Shown here: positions 1-9,189 of the stretch, piece by piece | Position numbering within the stretch: position 1 is the first letter of the stretch | Layout of the letters: every line of letters starts with the position of its first letter | Virus record (IMG/VR): IMGVR_UViG_3300017700_000368 | Location: 1 to 41,498 of that record | Reading direction: 5' to 3' (one strand) | From: a virus | Taxonomy: Duplodnaviria; Caudoviricetes | Length of the DNA: 41,498 nt | The notes under the pieces: model-generated | Database searches by the model: none | The model's input: only the letters and a program-made list of their open reading frames with translations | What the model was told of the DNA's origin: nothing | Made by a program: the position numbers and the translations under genes

Positions 1-123
1 TCAGTTGGCCAGTGTCACCCTTGGTGATGTGATGCACAGCGTTCAAAGCCGCTACCGTGAAGCAGTCACCGGCCGCGACGTTGGTCGTGGACGAAATGGT
101 GATGGTCTGGTAACGGTTATCGA
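1..123. repeat. Terminal direct repeat (circular assembly overlap), left copy
   Basis: Bases 1-123 are identical to 41376-41498 and lie inside the coat gene. Confidence 0.97.
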
Positions 124-868
124 CGTTGTTCGTCTCACCAGTCGCCGCGGTGCTTGTGGCTACGGGAACGTAGTAGTTCGCGGCACCGTCAAGCGTGCTT
201 ACCGTCAAGCCTGCACCGCCTGCAGCAGCTCCCAAACGGACGGCGTAGTCCAGTTTGTAGGTGTCGAAACTGGCGACTTGGCCGACGAAAGCCTTTTCGT
301 AAGCAGTGGTCGGCTTGCCCTGCATGGTCTGACGACCGGCCAGATTCGACGCCATGCCGTTGTAGTCGCGGGTGGACAGCGCCAGGTAACGGTCGCCACC
401 TTGGACGCCCTGCTCGTTGAAGACGGCCTCGCACTGGGCAACGTCATCAAAGCCGGATGCCGCGACAGTGCGCTTGACCACCAACGTACCCTGCAAAGCA
501 GCGACGTTCATGATCGACACGTTGATGTCGGATGCCAGCTTTTGCTTGGCAGCGGCGCCGAGGCGGTTCTCTTGCAGAGCGTCGCGCAGCTCCAGCGCCG
601 TCAGGATGATCGGCGAATGCTTGGCGTAACCGATGGTGGCCGGCACGGAAAGCTGCGTGGACTCGTTGAAGTTCGCTGTCGCGTCGGAACCATCGTGCGA
701 TTGCGCGATGTAGGGCTGCGGACGCCAGATCGTGTCATTCGCGCGCTCCATGGTCACCTGATCGGTCTGATATTTCGAAACGTTGTTCGACAGAATCAGG
801 GCATCTTGGTAGCCCTCCAGAATCTGCTCAAACGCAACAACCTCTTCTTTACTGAATTCGTTAGCCAT
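1..868 (-). CDS. Major capsid protein, P22 gp5-like, 5' part (continues at 41375-40975; 422 aa in total)
   Basis: ATG at 868 after GAGG. Reads MANEFSKEEVVAFEQILEGYQDALILSNNV...TIWRPQPYIA. In frame with ORF 40975..41421 across the repeat. Follows the scaffold gene. Confidence 0.93.
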   Translation of the reverse strand, partial: MANEFSKEEVVAFEQILEGYQDALILSNNVSKYQTDQVTMERANDTIWRPQPYIAQSHDGSDATANFNESTQLSVPATIGYAKHSPIILTALELRDALQENRLGAAAKQKLASDINVSIMNVAALQGTLVVKRTVAASGFDDVAQCEAVFNEQGVQGGDRYLALSTRDYNGMASNLAGRQTMQGKPTTAYEKAFVGQVASFDTYKLDYAVRLGAAAGGAGLTVSTLDGAANYYVPVATSTAATGETNNVDNRYQTITISSTTNVAAGDCFTVAALNAVHHITKGDTGQL

Positions 869-896
869 TTTTCTACCTCTTTAAAAGCGAGTTGAT

Positions 897-1733
897 TTAC
901 TTCTTTTGCGCTCGCTTGAAGGCCAGGACTTTGTCCATGTTTCCGGACTGCCGGGCCTCTTCCCGCAAACGCTCAAGCGTTTTGTTACTGCTGCCAACCA
1001 CTGCGCCGCCCGTGCTTTTCACGGTCGTTTCAGGTGCAGGCTTCTCGCTTTTGCGGTTCGAAGTTTTCAAGTCCTTCTCCAGTTTTGCTGCCGCGAAAGC
1101 GAATTTCACGGGGTCTTTAATTGCGGCGAGTTCGGTAAGCTTCTTTGGGTTCTTCCCGAGTGCGTAAACAAGCAACGACGCGTTATCAGCACCACGAAGA
1201 ATCAGACCCTGCTGGGTTTCGGAGAAGGTGTTGACCACCTCTTCCTCGGCCTCCTTGAAGTCCTTGACCTTCAATTTGCCGGCTGCTTCTAGGTACGCTT
1301 TGCGCTCCGTATCTGCTCGTTCCGCTAGCTCTCGCTGCGCCTTCTTCTGGTCTTCCTCGAAGCTGTCGATTTCTCGTTTCTTCGCGTACCAACCATCAAG
1401 CGCAGCCTGGAACTTGTCCTCGTCGTAGTCGTATTCGCTCAGCTTCGGGCGCTCAGGGAGCGTTGGCTTTTCGGGCGCGGTTTGCGATGGTCCCTTTGCC
1501 TTCAACTCCCGGTTTTCCCGGAGCAATTCGCGGTGCGACTTGCGAAGATCCTTCACCCATTGCGGTGCTTCTTCCCTCTCCTGAGGTGGCGATTCCTCTT
1601 CACCAATCTGGACAACCAGCTCTTCTGCCTCGTCCTCTTCGGTCTCGGGTTTCTCGTCAACCGTCTCGGTTTCCGTGCCCTCGTCCTCTTTGGTCGTGAC
1701 TACCAGTTCTTCCTCTTCGGTGTTTCCTGCCAT
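897..1733 (-). CDS. Scaffolding protein
   Basis: Acidic, coiled-coil, basic C-terminus (KVLAFKRAQKK); between portal and coat. Start MAGNTEEE chosen over 1769. Confidence 0.85.
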   Translation of the reverse strand: MAGNTEEEELVVTTKEDEGTETETVDEKPETEEDEAEELVVQIGEEESPPQEREEAPQWVKDLRKSHRELLRENRELKAKGPSQTAPEKPTLPERPKLSEYDYDEDKFQAALDGWYAKKREIDSFEEDQKKAQRELAERADTERKAYLEAAGKLKVKDFKEAEEEVVNTFSETQQGLILRGADNASLLVYALGKNPKKLTELAAIKDPVKFAFAAAKLEKDLKTSNRKSEKPAPETTVKSTGGAVVGSSNKTLERLREEARQSGNMDKVLAFKRAQKK

Positions 1734-1786
1734 GTAAGACCCAATCAACTCGGAACTTAAAAAGGGCATCCGGTAACCCTGTGGGC

Positions 1787-1839
1787 AATATATTGATTCG
1801 CATATAGCAAATCAACTTTATATATCGTTTTGTATATTT
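1787..1839 (-). promoter_or_regulatory. Putative internal late promoter for scaffold/coat
   Basis: AAATATACAAAACG box, then TTGATT-17 nt-TATATT in an AT-rich intergenic gap. Confidence 0.55.
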
Positions 1840-1841
1840 TG

Positions 1842-3920
1842 TTAGGCTGCTGGCGCAGTGGGATCCGGCGCGATATCAGCCTTGTGCGCATCAACCAGCT
1901 TGATCAGCGTGTCCACATCGAGGGCGCCGATCTTCTTGAGAATCTCCTGCGTCTCGGCGGCGATCTTTTCGGCGTTGGCCAGGGCGACGGTGGTGTCTGC
2001 TGTTGCTTTGCCAGCCAGTGCATCGGACTTCTTCGACTCGGCTGCAAGGAACTGCGCTTGTGGGTCGGGCGGTGCGTTTGCCGCGGCTTCGGTCAGTGCG
2101 GCCTGCTCTTCCTCGGTCGGCTTGATGACGCCCATATTGATCAGGCGCTTGCGGTTCCACTCTTTCAGGTCGGTCAAGCCTTCGCCGTCAAGGTTCTGGA
2201 AGATGACACCAGTGATGGCCGCGCGCTCCTGCGGGTCTTGGGTGTATTGCAGAACACCAGACAGAGCGCGGACAGTGCCGTCCCTGCGCGTGACAAAGCT
2301 CGGGCCAACATCAGTCACCACATCGAAGCGGCCGGTGGTTAGGTCGTTTTCTTTCTTGACGACGTCCTTGTCCATGACCGGCTTCATCAGCTCGATTTCG
2401 TCCTCAGCACCATCGACGCCGACCGTCTTCATCTTGCGGCCCTCTTCGTCGTACAGTTCTTGAGCCATGCCTTTCCACACCTCACCGCAGCGCTTCATGG
2501 CCTTGGAGAAGTTGTCCATATAGATGAACGTCTGCATGTCCAACCGGGTCTGAATCAGCTCAACGGCTTTGGCGCTGATGTTCGAAACAACTTCCTCGGC
2601 CTGACCTTGTCCGCCCAGCAATTCCTGCATATCCACGTTGCAGAGCTGCATCAGGGCAACCAGTGCTTGCGGGATCTGGGGAGGTTTGACGTAGCCAATC
2701 GGCCCCGCCGGCACGACTGAGCCGTCCACATTGGTGATCGGGTTGACCAGCTGATAAGCCGGGCGGTCGATGCTGTCACGCGACCAAGCAAGTTCATGCC
2801 CCTGGATCTGCTCGGGCGTGAAGATGGGCTTTTCGATGGGGCTGTAAACGCTGATTTCGGCCAACAGGCTGATCAGCATGTTGTAGAGCCGCATCAAGTC
2901 CGTTGTTAGGCGGACGTGGCCCTGAATGCGCTCAACGTTGTCAACAAACGCCCGCTTGCCGTAGAAAGGAATGATCGGAATGCACTTGCCGGCGATGTAG
3001 CCGCAGTCCTCAAGGATGCGATCCCCGGCCATCAGGTATTTGTGGATGCGCTTGGTCTTGACCTTTTTCTTGCGCGCCAGGATGAAGCCTTGGGCCTTGA
3101 GCTTTGCCGCCTCTTCCTTTTCCGAGGAAAGCAGCTTCTTTTCGTCAACGTCTTCGCCGGCAACAACCAGCTTCCAGACGTTGTAGGTCTTGGTTTCCTC
3201 TTCAACTTTGTAGTACTCAGCGATGTACGCGACGTCTGGCGTGAACCAGTCGAAGTAAGTCAGGCTGTCGTCTTTGGGAAAGGAAGTAGCCGGGCCCCAC
3301 TCAGCCTCGAACGCCGACAGGCTCATGCTGGACAGCACCCAGCAGCGGGTAGCATCGCGCTTGTCCTGCCTCTTTGCGTCTGCGTCGAAGTAAACGGACG
3401 TGTCGGCGTCGTAGATCGGCTCCATGCTGATCCGCTGGCGCTCGTCGTCCTCGTCTTCCTCGTCCTCGTAGCAGGCACGGACACGCCATGCACCCATGCC
3501 ACCAGACACGCCCTCATCAAAGGCGTTGTCGTAAGCCTCCTGGGCGTTGCACTCCTGCTCATCGGCCCGATACAGGCCATCCATGGTGTCGGCTACGTCT
3601 TCGGTAGCGCCGTTGTCCTTCGCTCGGAAGTCAACGCTGATGCGGTTGTTGCGGTACTCGTTGAAGATCCGCATCACCGACATATGAACCTTGTTCACCT
3701 CGAACCGCGGGCGGTTGGCAAACTGGTCGCTCAGGTCGGATTCCCACTGTGCGCCGGGGATAGAGACGAAGCGGCGGTCTTCCAGGCATTGGAGACGCAC
3801 TTCCTGCTGTGGCGACCATGCGCGGTTGAACTCGATTAGCGCTTCTTCATGGACTTCGGCCAGGCCGTCGTCTTCCTGCGCTTCCGCTTCCTCGTGGCTG
3901 TCGTCGTCGGTTGATTGCAT
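1842..3920 (-). CDS. Portal protein, P22 gp1-like
   Basis: 692 aa; EDRRFVSIPGAQW, RPRFEVNK, IPIIPFYGKR, DVGPSFVTRR motifs; follows TerL. Confidence 0.95.
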   Translation of the reverse strand: MQSTDDDSHEEAEAQEDDGLAEVHEEALIEFNRAWSPQQEVRLQCLEDRRFVSIPGAQWESDLSDQFANRPRFEVNKVHMSVMRIFNEYRNNRISVDFRAKDNGATEDVADTMDGLYRADEQECNAQEAYDNAFDEGVSGGMGAWRVRACYEDEEDEDDERQRISMEPIYDADTSVYFDADAKRQDKRDATRCWVLSSMSLSAFEAEWGPATSFPKDDSLTYFDWFTPDVAYIAEYYKVEEETKTYNVWKLVVAGEDVDEKKLLSSEKEEAAKLKAQGFILARKKKVKTKRIHKYLMAGDRILEDCGYIAGKCIPIIPFYGKRAFVDNVERIQGHVRLTTDLMRLYNMLISLLAEISVYSPIEKPIFTPEQIQGHELAWSRDSIDRPAYQLVNPITNVDGSVVPAGPIGYVKPPQIPQALVALMQLCNVDMQELLGGQGQAEEVVSNISAKAVELIQTRLDMQTFIYMDNFSKAMKRCGEVWKGMAQELYDEEGRKMKTVGVDGAEDEIELMKPVMDKDVVKKENDLTTGRFDVVTDVGPSFVTRRDGTVRALSGVLQYTQDPQERAAITGVIFQNLDGEGLTDLKEWNRKRLINMGVIKPTEEEQAALTEAAANAPPDPQAQFLAAESKKSDALAGKATADTTVALANAEKIAAETQEILKKIGALDVDTLIKLVDAHKADIAPDPTAPAA

Positions 3921-3943
3921 ACGCGGCCCTATATATTGCCGCG

Positions 3944-3996
3944 AGTATATGAACGCCTTAATTTATACGCCAATCTATATGGCGTTTTGTATATTT
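3944..3996 (-). promoter_or_regulatory. Putative internal late promoter for portal
   Basis: Same AAATATACAAAACG box, then TTGGCG-18 nt-TATACT. Confidence 0.5.
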
Positions 3997-5449
3997 ATCG
4001 GCGCTTGCCGAAGTGGTTGACGGAGGGAACGACGACGCCGGACGGGCCTTTGGGCTTGCCAACTTCACCGTATTGCACGGCAAACCGTCGCATCATGTAG
4101 GCGTAGCGAGTGCCATCCATCAAGTCGTCCTTGAGCTTGACGATCTTTCCGTTCGGGTCGCGGTGGTACTGCAGGAACTCATCGAACCAGTCACGCAACC
4201 CGGCGAACACCTTGAACTTGCCGGTCATCATCAGCCCGCGAATCTCCATCAGGCCAGCCTCGACGCCGTTGGACCCATCGGGCCAAGTTGCGTGAACGCC
4301 GATCATCTTGAAGCCGGCTTCCTCGTAATAAGCCTTCTGCTGCTTGGCGCTGCCCTTCTCGGTCTGCAATCCATCGGCCGGCCATGCGGTCGGGACGTTC
4401 GCCGTCCATGACTTCGTAGCTCCCCATGCCTGAATTGCTAGAACCTGGCGCTCTTTCCAGGCATGCGCGACGTAGAAAGCGTCCGCATCCTTGTCCCAGA
4501 CAAGCTGCACCTGGGCCTGCGGGTGATCCCAGCCGAAGTCCATGCCATCCAGCACGAACCAATGGGGAGGGATCGGGAATGGCTGGCAAGTGATTGCATC
4601 CTCGGCGATGTCGTAGATTCGTCCGTGTCCCAGCATTGGCACGCCTTTGGTGCGCATTTCCCGTTGATGCGCCGGGAAGCTGGCGAGCAGCTCGGACTTA
4701 ACCTTTTCGCTCAGGTGCGGCGCGTCGTCCCAGCCCTTTTGCATGTACTTCTGAGCTGGTGCCGGTGAATCCATGAACTGGATAACCAGATCCGTGCGGC
4801 CGTTCTCAGGCGTGAACGTCAGAATCCCCCGCCCACCGTTGCCGCGGTCACCTGTCGCGGTCCTGACCAGAACCTGGGGGTAAATCTCGGGGTCTTCTGG
4901 CTCTTCGTCAATATGGAACCAGTCCACATCGTCACCCATCAGGGCGTGCTGACCTTGGCTATAGCTCCAGAACTGGATGCGCGAGACGCCCCCGGATGAA
5001 TGCTTGACCAGTGCCGTGCGGATGGCGTTCGGCGTGCCGGCCATGGACTCGTAGCCAACAATGCGCTCAGGCGGGATCAATCCGCCTTCGAACGTATCCC
5101 CAATCTTGCGCCCGACAATCGCCGCCTGCAACAAGTCGCGGGTCTTTTCGCCTGAGTAGCCAAGGCACCAGATCAGCGGCGCGTGGTCGAATCGATGGCC
5201 GGCCCAATCGTCAGGGTACTCCCCCAATGCATGGATGGCATCCATGTAGCTGCCGGTGTAGGTCTTGCCGATCCGGTTTGCCGCTATCAGGCAGACTTGG
5301 CTGTATTTAGCTGTGTCGGCTATGAACTCTTTTTGCCAGTCGTACAGGCCAGCGAACACCCTCGTGTAACGGATCAGAGCCCATCGCCGCTCTTTTTCCT
5401 CAAGCAGCAGGACAAGCTCTTCCTTTTCAGCCCTGGTTAATGCGTTCAC
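3995..5449 (-). CDS. terL: Terminase large subunit, P22 gp2-like
   Basis: Walker A AANRIGKT, Walker B WFHIDEEP, LTFTPENG, nuclease GMDFGWDHP and DDLMDGTRY. Confidence 0.97.
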   Translation of the reverse strand: MNALTRAEKEELVLLLEEKERRWALIRYTRVFAGLYDWQKEFIADTAKYSQVCLIAANRIGKTYTGSYMDAIHALGEYPDDWAGHRFDHAPLIWCLGYSGEKTRDLLQAAIVGRKIGDTFEGGLIPPERIVGYESMAGTPNAIRTALVKHSSGGVSRIQFWSYSQGQHALMGDDVDWFHIDEEPEDPEIYPQVLVRTATGDRGNGGRGILTFTPENGRTDLVIQFMDSPAPAQKYMQKGWDDAPHLSEKVKSELLASFPAHQREMRTKGVPMLGHGRIYDIAEDAITCQPFPIPPHWFVLDGMDFGWDHPQAQVQLVWDKDADAFYVAHAWKERQVLAIQAWGATKSWTANVPTAWPADGLQTEKGSAKQQKAYYEEAGFKMIGVHATWPDGSNGVEAGLMEIRGLMMTGKFKVFAGLRDWFDEFLQYHRDPNGKIVKLKDDLMDGTRYAYMMRRFAVQYGEVGKPKGPSGVVVPSVNHFGKRR

Positions 5450-5918
5450 TCAGCGCCGCCAGTTTGGCGTCCAGTTGCTCGTCGGGCATCGTCTTGACGC
5501 CGATATTGCCGCCCAGCTCCAAATCCTGACGGTCTCGCCATTGCGCACGCTGTCGGTTCTTGAGCCAGAAAATCGCCGCGGTCGGGTCAGGTGCGTAAAT
5601 CTTGGTGATCGGCGTCTGCGTAATCACGCCCTGGTAATTGGAAATATGCACCTCGGGATGCTCAAAACCCATGGCGCGCTGATACAGGCGATCAGCAACA
5701 TCCGAGTCGGCTTGAACCTTCCCGCTTTTTATGGCCTCGGAAAATTCCGGGTGAACTTTCTTCCATTCGTGGATCGTGTCTTCGTTCACATCGAAGAAAT
5801 CAGCCAGCTCAGGATCAGTCGCACCCAGCAAACAGAGCTTGCGCGCCTGTTCTGGGAACTCTTCCCGGTATTTGCTTGGACGCCCGACTTTGGCTTTCGG
5901 CTCAGCCTTCTTAGCCAT
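5427..5918 (-). CDS. terS: Terminase small subunit
   Basis: GRPSKY...LCLLGATD.ELADFF HTH and PDPTAAIFWLKNR; overlaps TerL start. Confidence 0.93.
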   Translation of the reverse strand: MAKKAEPKAKVGRPSKYREEFPEQARKLCLLGATDPELADFFDVNEDTIHEWKKVHPEFSEAIKSGKVQADSDVADRLYQRAMGFEHPEVHISNYQGVITQTPITKIYAPDPTAAIFWLKNRQRAQWRDRQDLELGGNIGVKTMPDEQLDAKLAALSERINQG

Positions 5919-6051
5919 TCCCGCGCTCCTTCATCCTGCGATTGAACTCCCGCGGCGCTTTGTCGCGTAGCCGCTTGAGGAATATCAGGCGCTCCGTCCA
6001 CGGCAGAACGCCGGCAGACAGCAAAACGCCTACGCTGCTGTAAATTCTCAT
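5911..6051 (-). CDS. Small hypothetical protein (46 aa, MRIYSSVG...)
   Basis: Fills the gap and overlaps both neighbours; below ORF-track cutoff. Confidence 0.5.
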   Translation of the reverse strand: MRIYSSVGVLLSAGVLPWTERLIFLKRLRDKAPREFNRRMKERGNG

Positions 6052-6308
6052 TGCTGCATCCCCATGTGAATCTCCCGGGCCAGCGCATCGGCTGGGCTTT
6101 CGCCTGGAACAGGGAATTGCGCCACGTCGGCCGCAGTTGGCAGCTCTTTGGCCTTCGCCCTATCTGCTAGCAGGTTTGTCAGGCTGGCGTTTGTCTCGGC
6201 TGCCTGGCGCGCGTATTCAGCCTGTCGCGCCTGAAACTGCGGATCAGCCTTAGCCGCTTCGAGTCTTTCGGCGAATTGTTTTGCCTTTGCGGCTGATAGG
6301 TGGCTCAT
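6048..6308 (-). CDS. Hypothetical protein
   Basis: 86 aa, tightly packed in the late operon, GAGG RBS. Confidence 0.7.
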   Translation of the reverse strand: MSHLSAAKAKQFAERLEAAKADPQFQARQAEYARQAAETNASLTNLLADRAKAKELPTAADVAQFPVPGESPADALAREIHMGMQQ

Positions 6309-6310
6309 GG

Positions 6311-6748
6311 TTAAAACCTCACTGAATCTACGCCCAGCCCAGCCATATCGCTGCGCTTGATAGCAATTCGAATAGCCTGCTCGGCAGTTGCCCCGGCCTC
6401 CAGCGCTCCAATTGCGAATTCATGCCCGCCGCCCGATGAATGAATCCGCTCGAGCACGCGCCCATACCGCAATGCCTTGGAATCCAGCTGCCACACACGG
6501 CGCCGCTCATCCACAACCACAGCAATCGTGACGTTGTCGTCGTTCGGGTAATCGCCGGGATGCTGCCCACCCTGCATCCACGTCAGCAGCGCCTGCGCGT
6601 AATGTCCGTCTCCAGCGAAGGCAACAAGATATTGCGAACCGTCCGTCGCCCTCACCTTGTGCACCTTTCGAACTCGGTACTTCTTGTTGCCAGACCACGC
6701 CGCACGGTCGGCGGCGAGAGTCGTTCCATCCCATGCAATCGTCGTCAA
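6311..6748 (-). CDS. Ntn-hydrolase (HslV/proteasome-beta-like) protein
   Basis: N-terminal MTTIA...LAADR, K33-like RKV, FAGD, SGG.FAIGAL motifs; TTG start with GGAG. Confidence 0.75.
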   Translation of the reverse strand: MTTIAWDGTTLAADRAAWSGNKKYRVRKVHKVRATDGSQYLVAFAGDGHYAQALLTWMQGGQHPGDYPNDDNVTIAVVVDERRRVWQLDSKALRYGRVLERIHSSGGGHEFAIGALEAGATAEQAIRIAIKRSDMAGLGVDSVRF

Positions 6749-6755
6749 ATTCCAC

Positions 6756-6904
6756 TCCAGTTAGCGCCTGGGAGCGCGGTTGCAGCCTTCGGACTCCCAC
6801 ACGGGAGGCTGCTGCCGTTCACATCACACCCGGGGACGATGATGTTCTCGCTGAAAGCTGGCCGGTAGGACGGCCCCGCGCCGGGATTCGCGGATGCAAC
6901 TGAA
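6756..6904 (-). ncRNA. Candidate structured late-leader RNA
   Basis: Closing stem TTCAGTTG/TAACTGGA encloses several hairpins. Confidence 0.4.
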
Positions 6905-6909
6905 TCTTT

Positions 6910-6955
6910 ATATTACCGATTCGTCTAGACATTGCAATCTTTATTCAAATGTATA
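6910..6955 (-). promoter_or_regulatory. Putative main late promoter
   Basis: TATACA..ATAAAGA-TTGCAA-16 nt-TAATAT, AT-rich, upstream of the late operon. Confidence 0.5.
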
Positions 6956-7287
6956 GAAAGTGCGAAGACCGAATTAACCAGCCCTACAGGCGTCACGGTG
7001 GCACTCATGGGCACGCTGCGGCGCCTGACGGACACGGCTACCTGCTCTTGCTCCCACGTCTTCAGGAGCTGCTTGCCAGTCTCGGTCAAGCGATAAGTTG
7101 CGGGATACTGGTGAGGGTTGACCCGCTCCAACAGCTTTCGTCCGCGGCAGCGCATGGTGTAGGTTCGGGCCTTGTGCTGGCCGGCTGGCGTTGATTCACC
7201 CCATGCTTCTGCCAGTTGCGGACAGGTCAACAGCAAGTCCGGTTGAAATGCGGACAGAGTCTTGATGGTGCCGATGTCTTTGCGCAT
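6925..7287 (-). CDS. Winged-HTH-like protein, candidate late regulator
   Basis: LTCPQLAEAWG helix pair and wing LLERV...YRLTETGKQLL; sits in the Q position. Confidence 0.55.
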   Translation of the reverse strand: MRKDIGTIKTLSAFQPDLLLTCPQLAEAWGESTPAGQHKARTYTMRCRGRKLLERVNPHQYPATYRLTETGKQLLKTWEQEQVAVSVRRRSVPMSATVTPVGLVNSVFALSIHLNKDCNV

Positions 7288-7551
7288 TTACCCCTGCTCT
7301 CCCGGCATTGGGAATTTGGCCGCAGCCTCTTTTTTGTAGGACTCAATCAAAATATCCGCCCACGGATGGCCGAACCACTCCAACACCAAGACATTGAGCG
7401 CAACATCGCAAGGCAAGCAGATGGGGCGCCAGTTGTTGAAATCGCTACAAATCTGCCACTGGTGCACTGCCTGGCCGCCACATCGGATGCACCTAAGTCG
7501 CTGAATGCCGGCCTCGGTGTATGGCTTTCTACGTTTCGTTGTCCAACCCAT
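7288..7551 (-). CDS. Hypothetical Zn-finger-like protein
   Basis: CIRCGG...ICLPCD; abuts next gene. Confidence 0.65.
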   Translation of the reverse strand: MGWTTKRRKPYTEAGIQRLRCIRCGGQAVHQWQICSDFNNWRPICLPCDVALNVLVLEWFGHPWADILIESYKKEAAAKFPMPGEQG

Positions 7552-7566
7552 TTCAGTCCTTTCTTT

Positions 7567-7827
7567 TCATTTGGCCGCGTGTTTTAAGGTGTCGGGTGCA
7601 GGCTTGACTGCCAGAAACGGAAGCCATTTGGACCACCACGGACGCGGCAGCTCGGGCTCGTCCCAAGTTATCGTGCCCATGTCCAACCACTCCGATACCA
7701 GCGTGATCGCGCCGCTTTCATTACGCTCAATCCTGCGGGACTGGCTCTTGAGGCCGTTCGGAATGGGCACGTACCGCAGTTGCGGCTCAACCGATCCGCA
7801 CTTAATGACGAAGGTGATATCACTCAT
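7567..7827 (-). CDS. Hypothetical protein
   Basis: 86 aa with GGGAG RBS. Confidence 0.6.
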   Translation of the reverse strand: MSDITFVIKCGSVEPQLRYVPIPNGLKSQSRRIERNESGAITLVSEWLDMGTITWDEPELPRPWWSKWLPFLAVKPAPDTLKHAAK

Positions 7828-7864
7828 CCAACTCTCCCAAGTTAATCAGGCGTAGTGCCTGGGG

Positions 7865-8206
7865 TTACAGCTCAATGCGGCGCGTTACCGATGACGCACC
7901 ATTGCGGATCACGGCGATGCGGGAGGCCATTTCAGCCAGTTGCGAGCCCAACTCCGTTGCGGTTCCGCGCCCGATGGCTGTGCCCAATTTTTGCACTGGC
8001 TCTGGCTCGATGCGAGAAACAGGGGTCAGTTTTTTGTACAGCTCGCTCAGAACGGCCTCGAGAGTGGACAGGTTCTTGTTGATATCGCCCATCTGCGCTT
8101 GAATTTCCGGCGCACTCTGGGCCAACTTCGCCTCACCCGCATAAGAGCGCACATCGCCGCCATAAGTCGCGCCAGCCATGTTGTGAGTTTTGGCTTCTTC
8201 ATACAT
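7865..8206 (-). CDS. Hypothetical coiled-coil protein
   Basis: 113 aa with AGGAG RBS. Confidence 0.7.
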   Translation of the reverse strand: MYEEAKTHNMAGATYGGDVRSYAGEAKLAQSAPEIQAQMGDINKNLSTLEAVLSELYKKLTPVSRIEPEPVQKLGTAIGRGTATELGSQLAEMASRIAVIRNGASSVTRRIEL

Positions 8207-8257
8207 CTTTGTTACTCCTAGTTGTTGCGCCCAGAAACCGGGGCCGCGACGGTATCG

Positions 8258-8593
8258 TTATTGCGTTGCCCTGTCCTGCGCCCGGTTGTTCGCGCTCTTG
8301 GTCCGCCAGATTTCGACGCGAGCCTGTGCCGCGATCAAATCCCAGCGGAGTTTTTCCTCCACCTCGATCGCGGCCTTTAAGCCGCCCAGAAGCGCGAGAT
8401 AGTCCTCATGGCTATAGGCGTATTGCTCACGCTCAACGGCGCTCTTGGCGGGGCTCTGGGCCATCAGCAGGGCCTTCTTCGACTTGCGAAATTCCTCAAG
8501 GTAGACGCGCTGGGCTTTTGCGGCCGAAAACTTGCCGGCGTTGGCAATGATGTAATCCACCGCTTTGTCTGGTTCGCGCAGGTCTTCGGTCAT
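8258..8593 (-). CDS. Conserved helical phage protein (nin region)
   Basis: YLEEFRKSKKALLM...REQYAYSHEDY...VEIWRT; coupled to NinG. Confidence 0.75.
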   Translation of the reverse strand: MTEDLREPDKAVDYIIANAGKFSAAKAQRVYLEEFRKSKKALLMAQSPAKSAVEREQYAYSHEDYLALLGGLKAAIEVEEKLRWDLIAAQARVEIWRTKSANNRAQDRATQ

Positions 8594-9189
8594 ACCGCCC
8601 TCAGCTTTCTTTCCTCTTCCCGGTAGTAACGGGCAATCTCAATCAATCCCTCTTTGGTGTACTTGCGAAGGGTCTGGTCGCACTCGATCTGCTCGACCCG
8701 ATGGGCACCGATTCGGTTTATCAGGCCGGCGCGGTAGGCAACATGGTTCCCGGCAAGGTGGCGGTTGCAGTGCTTGCATTGGCCGTGGGCGTTGTCCTCA
8801 ACGAATCGCATATGGACGGCAGAACCGACTGAGCGGTAGTGGCCGCAATCAAAGGCTCCGCCGACTGCGGTAGGCGGCAGGGGCGTGCCGCAGCTAATGC
8901 AGGGCTTGCCAGCATCCCGGGCTCGCACAAACCCGTTGAACGCCTTTTGCGCAAGGGCGACCAATTGCGGCTTGGTGCGGATGGCGTCCAGCTTTTCACG
9001 GGTTTCGCGCTTTTCCCGGGCCTGGCGGGCCTTCTCGGCCTTCTCGCGTTGCGCCCTGCCAATCTTCCCGGCACAGACCTGGCCGCATACCCTGGCCCGC
9101 TGCAAACCAGGTGGGGCGAAGAAGTTGCACTTGCACACGCGACACACTTTGAGCTTGGGCGGCTTTGGGGAATGGCTGCGGAGGGTCAT
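8590..9189 (-). CDS. ninG: NinG/Rap recombination endonuclease
   Basis: AQKAFNGFVRARD, CISCG, DCGHYRSVGSA, NAHGQCKHCNRHLAGN. Confidence 0.92.
   Translation of the reverse strand: MTLRSHSPKPPKLKVCRVCKCNFFAPPGLQRARVCGQVCAGKIGRAQREKAEKARQAREKRETREKLDAIRTKPQLVALAQKAFNGFVRARDAGKPCISCGTPLPPTAVGGAFDCGHYRSVGSAVHMRFVEDNAHGQCKHCNRHLAGNHVAYRAGLINRIGAHRVEQIECDQTLRKYTKEGLIEIARYYREEERKLRAV

Noticed and set aside
5-895. 296-aa plus-strand ORF
   Set aside because: Antisense shadow of the coat gene, which the ORF track misses because it runs off the contig end.
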